NCBI GenBank assembly: GCA_033851545.1
Contig: JAWWOO010000105.1
Location: 2,988 to 66,987, forward strand
Source: Frankiales bacterium
Lineage (GTDB): Bacteria; Actinomycetota; Actinomycetes; JAWWOL01
Reading direction: 5' to 3'
DNA: 64,000 bases
How positions within the stretch are numbered: position 1 is the first letter of the stretch; each line of letters opens with the position of its first letter. The position numbers were made by a program, and so were the translations under genes. The notes below the pieces were generated by a model. It was not told where the DNA came from. It searched no databases and saw nothing but the letters and a program-made list of their open reading frames with translations. This document shows, piece after piece, positions 46,493 to 54,700 of the stretch.

Positions 46493-47350
46493 ATGAAGGA
46501 TTACCAACCAACCAGCCCCCGCGAGACCCTTCCGGCTAGCCCCGCCTCGGACGCGTCGCCCGACTCGTCCGGCTCGGTATCCATGGCCAAGCAGGCCCGC
46601 TGGCCAAGGGTTCGGCAATTGCTGTCGAAGAAGCTGACGTGGGCGGTGGCCGCTGTGCTGGTGGCTGCGGCGATTGTGCTTTCCGTCGTTCTCCCCACGT
46701 CCAGCTCGACGACCTCAGCGAGCCCCGTGCCCGCCGCCGTCGCTGGCGGTCCCGCAGCCGGCGGTCCCGCAGCCGGTGGTGCCGCAGCCGGCGGTGGGGG
46801 ATCCAACGCTCGGTCTGGGCCGGCCGCAGGGGGAGCATCCGGCACGGTCGCCAGCGTGTCCACGTCGAGCTTCACCCTGTCGACCGCAACGGGTCAGAAG
46901 GTGACCGTCGACGAGGCGTCCTCCACGACGTACCAGAACGGGACGAACTCGACCTCGGCGAGTGCCATCACCACAGGCGAATCTGTCCTGGTGCTTGGCA
47001 CGACCAGCGGGACGACCATCACCGCAACGCAGGTGACGGTGCAACCGGCCGGCAGCGGCGGATCTGCTGCAGCCTCAGCGGCAGGGGTGGTCCCCTTCCA
47101 ACAAGGTGCGCCGAGCACGGCAAAGCAGTCCGGTCAGATCCCGGCGAACTACACCGAGGGGTCGGGCACGATCGTCAGCGGCACGACCGCGAATCAGGCG
47201 ACCGAAGCGGCGCTGGCGGCCTACCCGGGCGGCGTAGTGGACCGTGTTGTCCAGCTGAGCAACGGCGAGTACGAGGTCCACTACATCGGCGTCAACTGGC
47301 CGCACCACATCTTCGTCAGCCAGGCCTTCAAGGTGCTCGGCGCCAACTAG
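46493..47350 (+). CDS. membrane-anchored protein with a Gly/Ala-rich linker, a DUF5666-like beta domain and a PepSY-like C-terminus
   Basis: ATG 46493 lies 8 nt after AGGAG. One TM helix (WAVAAVLVAAAIVLSVVL), then GGPAAGG repeats, GTVASVSTSSFTLSTATGQKVTV, and a C-terminal ATEAALAAYPGGVVDRVVQLSNGEYEVHY. Domain names are tentative. Confidence 0.65.
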   Translation: MKDYQPTSPRETLPASPASDASPDSSGSVSMAKQARWPRVRQLLSKKLTWAVAAVLVAAAIVLSVVLPTSSSTTSASPVPAAVAGGPAAGGPAAGGAAAGGGGSNARSGPAAGGASGTVASVSTSSFTLSTATGQKVTVDEASSTTYQNGTNSTSASAITTGESVLVLGTTSGTTITATQVTVQPAGSGGSAAASAAGVVPFQQGAPSTAKQSGQIPANYTEGSGTIVSGTTANQATEAALAAYPGGVVDRVVQLSNGEYEVHYIGVNWPHHIFVSQAFKVLGAN

Positions 47351-47406
47351 CCACCCCATTGACGGAGGTTGGTGACGCGGGGGGTGTTGTCGGGTGATGA
47401 GGTGAG

Positions 47407-47461
47407 GACCTCTCGGTCAGGGTATGGGTGCCGCCACGCATCCAGCCCTGGCCGAGAGGTC
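47407..47461. terminator. long hairpin between convergent genes (bidirectional terminator candidate)
   Basis: GACCTCTCGGtCAGGG ... CCCTGgCCGAGAGGTC, with a 23-nt loop. Confidence 0.5.
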
Positions 47462-47500
47462 GTCGTCGCTCCCCACCTCTGACACGCCAGGTGTACGGCG

Positions 47501-48373
47501 TCAGTTGTCGTCGTCGAGGACCTCGCGCAGTCGGCGCGCGAAGGCCTCGGGTTGGCCTGCGTATCCGAACTCGCCGCCGATGAAGCCGCCATGGTGGCTC
47601 GGGAACACGGTCGCCTGTTGCCCGAGCAGCTCGGCTGTGGCTAGGGACGTGCGTCCAGTGAAGGTGCCCAGGGACTCCTCGCCCACGGCGATCACCACGC
47701 GCGTCGGCGCCGCGGCCAGCGCGTCGACGTCGGGGCGATAGCTGCTGACCGCCCAGGACCGGTCGGAGAGCAGCGGGTCCTCACGGGAGCCGTCGTCCTC
47801 GGTCGGCATCCCGAACTGGACCGGGTCCGGTGCGGGCTGGGCGAAGTAGTCGTCGGTGAACTCGCCTCGCCACGACGTCATGGCGATGAACGCCGCCATC
47901 CCGGCACTCGACCCCTTGGCCTCGTACGCGTCACGAACGCCGGCGCGGGCGCGCTCGGCAGCCTCGGCGTCCGGAAGCACCGGGATGATGGGCGGCTCGT
48001 GCGCCACCAGGGTGGTCACGTCGTTGGGGTACGCCGCGACGAGCGCGAGCGCGGTCACCGCGCCGCCACTGCTCGCGAACATCTCGACCGGTCCAACGCC
48101 GAGCGCCTCGACAACGGCGTGCACGTCGTCCGCCTGGACCGTGGGCGCATGGTCGACCCGGCCGTCCTTGCGGATGCTGCGGCCGAGGCCGCGCGGGTCA
48201 TAGGTGACCACGGTCCGGTCGGGAAAATGCGAGGCCAACGTACCGAAGCCGCCGGCGTCCATGGGCTGGCCGATCATGACCAGCGGTGGGCGTCCGTCGG
48301 CCGTGGGCAGCGGGCCGTGGACGTCGTAGGCGATGGCTACCTCGGCAGTTTCAAGCATGAGCGTCGTCGTCAT
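47501..48373 (-). CDS. alpha/beta-fold hydrolase
   Basis: Trimmed to ATG 48373. Nucleophile-elbow-like FASSGGA. PPLVMIGQP and YDPRGLGRS blocks. Confidence 0.85.
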   Translation of the reverse strand: MTTTLMLETAEVAIAYDVHGPLPTADGRPPLVMIGQPMDAGGFGTLASHFPDRTVVTYDPRGLGRSIRKDGRVDHAPTVQADDVHAVVEALGVGPVEMFASSGGAVTALALVAAYPNDVTTLVAHEPPIIPVLPDAEAAERARAGVRDAYEAKGSSAGMAAFIAMTSWRGEFTDDYFAQPAPDPVQFGMPTEDDGSREDPLLSDRSWAVSSYRPDVDALAAAPTRVVIAVGEESLGTFTGRTSLATAELLGQQATVFPSHHGGFIGGEFGYAGQPEAFARRLREVLDDDN

Positions 48374-48488
48374 GGCAGTTCGACTTCTGCCGAGCTGAGA
48401 ACTCATCGGACCCATGGTCAAGGCGCCGACTCCGAGCATCATCACCATCGGACGAACCACCGTCCCGGCCGGATCGATGGCTGGGTGA

Positions 48489-49109
48489 TCAGGTCAGGGG
48501 GAGGTGCTCGCCGGCCCAGTTGGCGGCCGAGACCCGGTCGCTGACCCCGATCGCGCGGAAGACGTTGCCCAGGTGGATCTTCACCGTGTGCTCGCTGATC
48601 CCGAGGCTGCGGGCGATCTGCTTGTTGGCCAGCCCCTTCGCCGCGAGCCTGAGCACCTCGGTCTCACGTGAGCTGAGCAGGGACGCCGGCGCGGCAGGAC
48701 GCGAGGGCAGCAGTGCAGCGGCCACCCGCGGGTCGAACGGCGAGTGCCCGGCGGCGGCGGCCCGCACCGCGTCGAACAGCACGTCGGGGGTGGAGTCCTT
48801 GAGCAGGTAGCCGATCGCGCCGGCGGCGAGGGCGTCGTCGACCTGTTGGCGGCCGCTGAACGAGGTGAGCGCGATCACCCGTACAGCGGGCAGTTCGGCC
48901 AGCAGGAACCGGGTCGCGGCCACCCCGTCGACACCGGGCATGGACAGGTCCATGAGCACGACCTCGGGGGTGCAGCTCCTGGCCTGGTCGAGCACCTCCG
49001 CGCCGTCGGCCGCCTCACCGACCACCTCGATGTCGGGGGCACCGGCCAGCAGCTGGGTCAGGCCGTCGCGTACCAGCCGGTGGTCGTCGACCAGCATCAC
49101 CCGGATCAC
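48489..49109 (-). CDS. NarL/LuxR-family response regulator
   Basis: GTG 49109 overlaps the kinase stop (GTGA). Receiver IRVMLVDDH...VVLMDLSMPG. C-terminal LuxR HTH LSSRETEVLRLAAKGLANKQIARSLGISEHTVKIHL. Confidence 0.95.
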   Translation of the reverse strand: MIRVMLVDDHRLVRDGLTQLLAGAPDIEVVGEAADGAEVLDQARSCTPEVVLMDLSMPGVDGVAATRFLLAELPAVRVIALTSFSGRQQVDDALAAGAIGYLLKDSTPDVLFDAVRAAAAGHSPFDPRVAAALLPSRPAAPASLLSSRETEVLRLAAKGLANKQIARSLGISEHTVKIHLGNVFRAIGVSDRVSAANWAGEHLPLT

Positions 49110-50527
49110 GCGGGCACCTCGAGCCGTACGGTGGTGCCCGCACCGGGCGCCGAGCGGACGCCGAGCCACGCGCCGACGGACTCGGCCTGGTCCATCATCA
49201 GCCGCAGCCCGAAGCTGTCCGGCCTGCTCTCCGGAACGCCCCCCGGCAGGCCGACCCCGTCGTCGGCGACATCGAGACGCACGACGTCGCCTCCGGGGAG
49301 CGGCTCGACGGTGAGGGAGAGCCGGATGCCGGTGGCCCTGGCATGGCGCACCGCGTTGCGCAGCGCCTCCTGGGCGACCCGGAACACTGCCTCCTGGCTG
49401 GTCGGGTCGAGTCGGGCCGCGGCTGCCTCGTCGACGGCGAGCTCGATCGCGGCGTCGCGCCCCTCGAGCGTCGCCGCCAGGTCGCGCAGGGCCGCCGGCA
49501 ACCCGGCCGAGCGCAGGTTGGGCGGGTAGAGGTCGACCAGCAACGAGCGCAGGCCGCCGAGGCCGGCCCGTACGGTCGAGGCGGTGTCGCGGAGCGCGCT
49601 GGCCACCGCCGGTTCGCCCCGCTTCGCAGCCGACTCTGCCTGTGCCGCAACGGCGAACGACGCCGCGGCCAGCTCTTGTACGAGGCCGTCGTGCAGCTCA
49701 CCGGCGATGCGCCGCCGCTCGTCCAGGGACACGTCGGCGGCGCGCTGCAGCAGCGCCTCGCGTTGTGCCTGGGCCCGCCGGGTGCGGCCGGCGAGGGTCC
49801 AGACGATGGGCGTGAGGAGCAGCAGCACGGCGAGCAAGCTGCTGAGCATGATGCCGGAGAAGCCGCGCCACAGCTGGCTGCCTCGGGCCGAGACGTCGCC
49901 GTAGCGGAAGTAGGCCTCCATGAGCAGCGGCTCCCCAGCGGGTGTCCACACCGGGCGGTAGACCTCGAGCAACCGGCCCTGCGTGCGCTCGAACTCGTTC
50001 TCCGGTCGGGTGAGGTCGCTGACGGCGGCGACGGTCTTGGGGGCGGTCAAGGCATCGCGGGCCTCGTCGTCGAGCGGGAACGTGCGGCCCACCAACCGGC
50101 TCTCGTCCGACCACAGGATGCTTCCGGAGGGGGTCCAGATCTTGACCCGTACGACGGACCCGGACACGAGGCTGCCGGCCAGTGGTCCGAAGACGCGCTG
50201 GGTCAGAGCCGCGTCGGTGAGCATCGCATCGGTGAGCTGGGGCTGGGCGGCGCTGGTCGCGATCACGTCGGCCAGGGCGGCGGCGTCGTGCACCCCCTGC
50301 CGCTCGGCGGTCTGGCGGGCGACGACAGCCCCGCCGGCGGCGACGACGCCGAGCACCACCAGGGTGGCGGCGATGACCTGCAGGAACATCCGGCGCAGCG
50401 GGGCACCGTCGTCGGCCTCGCGCCGCCGGTCAGCGGCGCTGGCCAGCGTCGACCAGCTGCCGGGCGGCGGCGGCGCCGTCTCCGGTGCGTCGAACAGCCA
50501 GGGGTCGGGCTCGGGGGGCGCGATCAC
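49106..50527 (-). CDS. sensor histidine kinase (HisKA_3 / NarX-type)
   Basis: H-box RRRIAGELHDGLVQEL. HATPase region AQEALRNAVRHA...DDGVGL...GLRLMMDQAESVGAWLGV. Two TM segments flank a periplasmic-size domain. Confidence 0.95.
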   Translation of the reverse strand: MIAPPEPDPWLFDAPETAPPPPGSWSTLASAADRRREADDGAPLRRMFLQVIAATLVVLGVVAAGGAVVARQTAERQGVHDAAALADVIATSAAQPQLTDAMLTDAALTQRVFGPLAGSLVSGSVVRVKIWTPSGSILWSDESRLVGRTFPLDDEARDALTAPKTVAAVSDLTRPENEFERTQGRLLEVYRPVWTPAGEPLLMEAYFRYGDVSARGSQLWRGFSGIMLSSLLAVLLLLTPIVWTLAGRTRRAQAQREALLQRAADVSLDERRRIAGELHDGLVQELAAASFAVAAQAESAAKRGEPAVASALRDTASTVRAGLGGLRSLLVDLYPPNLRSAGLPAALRDLAATLEGRDAAIELAVDEAAAARLDPTSQEAVFRVAQEALRNAVRHARATGIRLSLTVEPLPGGDVVRLDVADDGVGLPGGVPESRPDSFGLRLMMDQAESVGAWLGVRSAPGAGTTVRLEVPA

Positions 50528-50533
50528 GCGGGG

Positions 50534-51124
50534 TCAGCCATGGGATCCGCCATCGTCGCCGCCACTGCCGCCACCGCCGTGCCGGTCGCCCGGCTGCGAG
50601 CTGGTGGGCGCGGGCGTCGTCGTCGGTGCCAGCGTGGCGCTGGTCGCGGTCGGGGTGAGGCCGCCGCGGTCATCGCCGGGCTCATGGCTCGGGGTGGTGG
50701 CCGCCGGCTCGGGCGACCTGGTCGGCCGCGGCGAAGTGGTCGCGGCGCCCGTCCCGGTGGCGGTCGGGGACCGGTCGCCCCGGTGGTCGTCGCCCGGCTC
50801 GGCCTCGTGCCGGCTGGTCGGGGCGGCGGTGCCGGTCGGGGCGGTAGTGACCCGGTCGCCACCGTGGTCGTCGCCCGGCTCGGACTCCTGCTTGGCGGCG
50901 CGCGTCGGGCTGGTGTGGGTCGGGGTCGGGGACCCTTGTGGCGTGGTCGGGGTGGCCGTGGGGTGGTCCTCGTCGGCGAAGTGCACCGTCCGCGCGGCCG
51001 TCGGGGCCCGTACCGGCAGGTTGTGACTGAAGGAACGGTTGCCGCTGAGGCCCGCGACGGCGGGAGTGGCGGCGACGGCTGTGGCGGCCACGCCGGCGAC
51101 GCTGAAGAGCAGGATGCGATTCAT
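50534..51124 (-). CDS. secreted Pro/Thr-rich protein with four (E/Q)PGD(D/R)(H/R)(G/R)G repeats
   Basis: Signal peptide MNRILLFSVAGVAATAVAATPAVAG. Repeats are EPGDDHGGDR, EPGDDHRGDR, EPGDDRGG and QPGDRHGGGGSGGDDGGSHG. GGAG lies 7 nt before the ATG. The stop is 6 nt before the kinase start. Confidence 0.7.
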   Translation of the reverse strand: MNRILLFSVAGVAATAVAATPAVAGLSGNRSFSHNLPVRAPTAARTVHFADEDHPTATPTTPQGSPTPTHTSPTRAAKQESEPGDDHGGDRVTTAPTGTAAPTSRHEAEPGDDHRGDRSPTATGTGAATTSPRPTRSPEPAATTPSHEPGDDRGGLTPTATSATLAPTTTPAPTSSQPGDRHGGGGSGGDDGGSHG

Positions 51125-51319
51125 GATGAGACTCCGACCGGGTGCTTAGTAGGTGAGACGTGTCTAAGCGACTCCCGGTTCAGGGTGCGATAGGGCGATG
51201 GTTCTAGTACCTGCTCCGTGCGCTCCCGAAGAGGGTCTAGGCCGAATGACCAATGGTGTACGGAACCCCGTCGTCGGCAGGGTGGGCGCATCCCATCCAG
51301 CTCGACGAAGGAGAACGTC

Positions 51320-51736
51320 ATGTCGCTCATCACCGGTCGCCGCAGCCTCGGTGTCCTCGCCCTCGGTGCCAGCCTGATCATCCCGACCGCCCTCGCCGCA
51401 CCCGCCATGGCCAAAGACGGTCACGGCGGCGGTGGAGGCGGCGCCGCTGTGACCGCCCGCGGCGCCTGCCCCGGCGCCGACGGGTGGAAGCTCAAGGCGA
51501 AGCACGACGACGGCCGCGTCGAGGTCGAGTTCGAGGTCGACACCGACGTCGCCGGTCAGGTCTGGAAGGTCGCCCTCACCGACAATGGGTCGTCGATCTT
51601 CAAGGGGACCAGGACGACCGGCCTCAGCGGCCTCCAGGTCGAGGTCCACCCAGCCGACCGCGTCGGCGCCGATCGGATCCACGCCGTGGCCACGAGGGGT
51701 ACCCACGTGTGCGTCGGCTCGGTCACGCTTCCGTAA
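51320..51736 (+). CDS. small secreted protein (138 aa) with an N-terminal DGHGGGGGG tract
   Basis: ATG 51320 lies 7 nt after GGAG. Signal peptide ...LIIPTALAAPAMA, then KDGHGGGGGGAAV and a beta-rich body (WKLKAKHDDGRVEVEFEVDTDVAGQVWKVALTDNG) with two Cys. Confidence 0.7.
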   Translation: MSLITGRRSLGVLALGASLIIPTALAAPAMAKDGHGGGGGGAAVTARGACPGADGWKLKAKHDDGRVEVEFEVDTDVAGQVWKVALTDNGSSIFKGTRTTGLSGLQVEVHPADRVGADRIHAVATRGTHVCVGSVTLP

Positions 51737-51874
51737 GGCAGGCTCCCCGGCCGTCAACTCAACGGCCCGTCCCACAGCACGCCCCCGGCCCAATGGGTTG
51801 CGGGGCGTCGCTGTCGTGGGTGCCTTCGAGGACATGACCCTGCCGGCGCATGATCACCAGCGTGCTCTGCCGGA

Positions 51875-52462
51875 TCAGCCACGGATCGCAGCGATCAGGG
51901 TGACTACCGCGAGGACCAGCATGATGACCGCGGCTGTCCGGGTCAGCGCTTTGAGGGGGATGACGCGAAGCAGGTTCTTGCCGCCGACGATGGCCAGGCC
52001 GGCGACTGCCCACAGCGCCAGGATCGAGGAGACGCCGACGGTGATCGGGTCGTTGTACTTCGCGGCGAGGTTGGCGGCGATGATCTGGGTGAGGTCCCCG
52101 AACTCGGCGACCGCGACGATGACGAACGACGTGCTGGCGACCCGGGTGAAGGTGGCTGGCTTGCCGGCCATGGTGTCCCCGGCATTTTCCCCTTCCTCAC
52201 CGCGTTCGCGCAGCAGCAGAACGGCGCCGGCGAGGAAGAGCGCGCCAACGATCACCTCGAGCATCCGGTGTGGCAGCAGGGTTAGCAGCTCCCCGGCGGC
52301 GACGGCCAGCACCATGTGCGCCGCGAACGCGGCGGCGACCCCGGCAAAGACCCAGGACGGGCGGTAGCGGCTGCCCAGCACGAGGGAGGCCAGCGCGGAC
52401 TTGTCCGGCAGCTCCCCGACAAAGATCAGGCCGAACACGGTCAAAGCGACAGTCAGGTTCAC
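51875..52462 (-). CDS. GDT1/TMEM165 (UPF0016) family cation (Mn2+/Ca2+) exporter
   Basis: Trimmed to GTG 52462, 8 nt after GGAG. Two copies of the E-x-G-D-(K/L)-(S/T)-type signature (ELPDKS, EFGDLT), one in each three-helix half. Confidence 0.85.
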   Translation of the reverse strand: MNLTVALTVFGLIFVGELPDKSALASLVLGSRYRPSWVFAGVAAAFAAHMVLAVAAGELLTLLPHRMLEVIVGALFLAGAVLLLRERGEEGENAGDTMAGKPATFTRVASTSFVIVAVAEFGDLTQIIAANLAAKYNDPITVGVSSILALWAVAGLAIVGGKNLLRVIPLKALTRTAAVIMLVLAVVTLIAAIRG

Positions 52463-52549
52463 AGTGGTAACTCCGCAAGGCTGCGGGCTGGTCACCACCG
52501 CCGGCCCCAGGAGTGCCTTCGGCGGGACCGGCCAAAAGGACAGGGCCGT

Positions 52550-52660
52550 ACCCAACCGAAGGTCTCGCCCGACCCGAGGCACATCTCAGGTCTCACCGAC
52601 CGGCCCCCAAAGGGGCAGCATGTCGACCGATGACGAGCGGGCTACTCCCCTTCGCAGTAC
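52550..52660 (-). promoter_or_regulatory. yybP-ykoY-like Mn2+ riboswitch aptamer in the GDT1 leader
   Basis: Minus-strand RNA: CGAAGGGGAGUAGCCCGCUCGUCAUCGGUCGACAUGCUGCCCCUUUGGGGGCC...GGCGAGACCUUCG. It has the hallmark GGGGAGUAG and GAGACC elements and a GACAU element. The closing helix CGAAGG/CCUUCG is complementary, with internal hairpins GCCCC/GGGGC and GACCUGAG/CUCGGGUC. Confidence 0.7.
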
Positions 52661-52902
52661 TCACCCTACCGGGCCGGGTAAGTCCACGGTGAATGCCGAC
52701 GGTCCTCGACGATTGGCACGGTGTCTCCGTTCCAGCAGGCGTTCCTCGGTGATCCGGGTCAGCCCGGAGACGTCGGCGTCGTCGTTGAAACTGCCCTGTC
52801 AGCAGCCCGGGCCTGGCCCAACGCCGGCGCCGGCGCCGGAGGCCATGAGGCCGGGGCCGCCGAGCAGTGCGTCGCCTGCTCTGTGCGGAGCGAGGATCGG
52901 TC

Positions 52903-54096
52903 TCACTTGGCGTTGACGCGCGCCGCCTGCTCGACGAGGTAGTCGCGCTCGCGTGCGTTGTCGGTGCGAGCCGCAGCGGCGGCGTAGCACCGGGCCGCCT
53001 CAGCGAGGTCACCAGATCTCTCGAGCAGGTGCGCACGGACGGCATGCAGCCGGTGGGAGTCACGCAGCTCGAGCCCGTCCAGGAGCGCGAGTCCTGAGGC
53101 AGGTCCCTCCACCATCGCGACCGCGACGGCACGGTTGAGGCGCACCATCGGGTTGCCCGTCAAGGACTCCAGTCGGGTGTACGCCTTCGCGACCTCCGCC
53201 CAGCGAGTCGAGGCGTGCGAGGTGGCTTCGTCATGGAGCGCGGAGATCGAGGCGATCAGCTGGTACTCGCCGATGCGGCCGGCGGCCAGGGTCGCGTTGA
53301 GCAGCTGCAGGCCCTCGCTGATCAGCGCTCGGTCCCAGAGCGAGCGGTTTTGCTCGGCCAGCGGCACGAGGGCGCCGTCTTCGGACGTGCGGGCCGACCG
53401 ACGGGCCTCGGTGAGGAGCATCAGGGCGAGCAGACCCGCCACCTCGGGGTCGCCTGGTACCTGGCCGTAGAGCATCCGGGCCAGCCGGATCGCCTCGCCG
53501 GACAGGTCGACGCGCGACAGGTCCGGTCCGCTCGAAGAGGTGTAGCCCTCGTTGAAGAGCAGGTACAGGACCTCGCACACTGAGCGAAGGCGCGCGGTCG
53601 GGTCGGCGGGTAGCTCGAAGCGGCGGCCTCTCAGCTTGGCCTTCGCCCGGCTGATGCGTTGCGCCATCGTCGACTCGGGAACGAGGTAGGCCGCGGCGAT
53701 CTCGCGCGTTGTGAGGCCGGCGACCGCACGCAGCGTCAACGGGATCGACAGTGTCGACGAGAGCGTGTCGTCGCAGCAGAGGAAGAGCATCACGAGTGAG
53801 TCGTCCGAGGAGGACACCGTCTCTTGCCGATGGATGGAGAGCGACGCGGCGAGCTCCTCGCGCCTTCGGCGGGCATCCGTCCGGCGGTACTCGTCGACCA
53901 GCCGCCGGGATGCCACGGTGATGAGCCAGGACAAAGGTCTGTCGGGCAGCCCCGCCGGCCAATCCACGGCGGCGGTGGCGAGCGCTTCCTGCACCGCGTC
54001 CTCGGCCTCGGCGAACGCGCCGTACCTGCGGGCGACCGCGCCGAGGGCCTGCGGGCCGAGCTCGCGTAGCAGGTCCTCGACGTCGGGAGGGGTCAC
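52903..54096 (-). CDS. ECF sigma factor with a long C-terminal TPR-like extension (ECF42-type)
   Basis: GTG 54096 overlaps the YCII stop (GTGA). Sigma-2 region DAVQEALATAAVDW. Sigma-4 region LRAVAGLTTREIAAAYLVPESTMAQRISRAK. About 200 aa of C-terminal helical repeats. Confidence 0.85.
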   Translation of the reverse strand: MTPPDVEDLLRELGPQALGAVARRYGAFAEAEDAVQEALATAAVDWPAGLPDRPLSWLITVASRRLVDEYRRTDARRRREELAASLSIHRQETVSSSDDSLVMLFLCCDDTLSSTLSIPLTLRAVAGLTTREIAAAYLVPESTMAQRISRAKAKLRGRRFELPADPTARLRSVCEVLYLLFNEGYTSSSGPDLSRVDLSGEAIRLARMLYGQVPGDPEVAGLLALMLLTEARRSARTSEDGALVPLAEQNRSLWDRALISEGLQLLNATLAAGRIGEYQLIASISALHDEATSHASTRWAEVAKAYTRLESLTGNPMVRLNRAVAVAMVEGPASGLALLDGLELRDSHRLHAVRAHLLERSGDLAEAARCYAAAAARTDNARERDYLVEQAARVNAK

Positions 54097-54497
54097 ACCT
54101 CGGGGTCCGGCGCGCCCATCACCTGGCGCACCTCGATCGGCTGCTGGATCGGCAGTCCGCCCGGGCCCGGTGCGGCCGACGAGCGCGCGGCGATCTCGAT
54201 GGCGCGGTCGAGGCTGTCGACGTCGACCAGGCGGTAGCCCGCCAGCAGCTCCTTCGACTCCGGGTAAGGCCCGTCGATGATCTTCGGCGGGTTGACGCCG
54301 TCGGACACCACGAACTTCGCGACGTCCGGGCCGGCCAGGCCCTGCGCGTCGACCAGCTCGCCGCTGTCCAGCAGCTCGGCATTGAGAGCGTGCTGGAAGT
54401 CGATGTGGGCCCTCACGTCGTCGGGCGCCCACTCGGTCATGGGCCCGCAGCCCTCGAGCTCGACGTCTCCGTAGGCCTGCAAAAGCATGTATCGCAT
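54093..54497 (-). CDS. YCII-related (DGPF) domain protein
   Basis: Trimmed to ATG 54497 (MRYMLLQAYGD...). 134 aa, with GPYPESKELLAGYRLVDVDSLDRAIEIA. Confidence 0.8.
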   Translation of the reverse strand: MRYMLLQAYGDVELEGCGPMTEWAPDDVRAHIDFQHALNAELLDSGELVDAQGLAGPDVAKFVVSDGVNPPKIIDGPYPESKELLAGYRLVDVDSLDRAIEIAARSSAAPGPGGLPIQQPIEVRQVMGAPDPEV

Positions 54498-54644
54498 GGC
54501 TTCATCCTCTCTCGGCTCGGCCCCTTGTGGCCGCAATTCACCCGGAGGTCGAAGCAGCCGCGTCGTTCTCGACACGGTTCCGGTCCTCGAGCCGCAGCCG
54601 ACGAGGAACTGATTTTTGACTGTGGACTCCCTATCGGGAACCTA

Positions 54645-54690
54645 CCTCGGGCCCCGCAGCCGGCTTCGTCGCCGGCAACGGGGCCCGAGG
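54645..54690 (-). terminator. intrinsic-terminator-like hairpin after the phosphoesterase gene
   Basis: Minus strand: CCTCGGGCCCCG ttgCCGGCgacgaaGCCGGctg CGGGGCCCGAGG. A 12-bp outer stem plus an inner stem, 10 nt after the stop. Confidence 0.65.
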
Positions 54691-54700
54691 GCTGATCAGG

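Noticed and set aside
52666-52902. Minus-strand reading frame ...GAGAGVGPGPGC-TGA-QGSFNDDADVSGLTRITEERLLERR... between the sigma gene and the riboswitch (possible selenocysteine or gene remnant)
   Set aside because: GC3 bias is only moderate. No SECIS-like hairpin or start context was seen. The frame runs into the riboswitch promoter region. It is more likely non-coding or a degraded remnant.
54540-54585. GGAAC element upstream of the YCII-sigma operon as a possible ECF -35 box
   Set aside because: There is no CGTC/CGAC-type -10 element at a 16-17 nt spacing (the candidates are about 11 or 24 nt away). I cannot support a promoter call.
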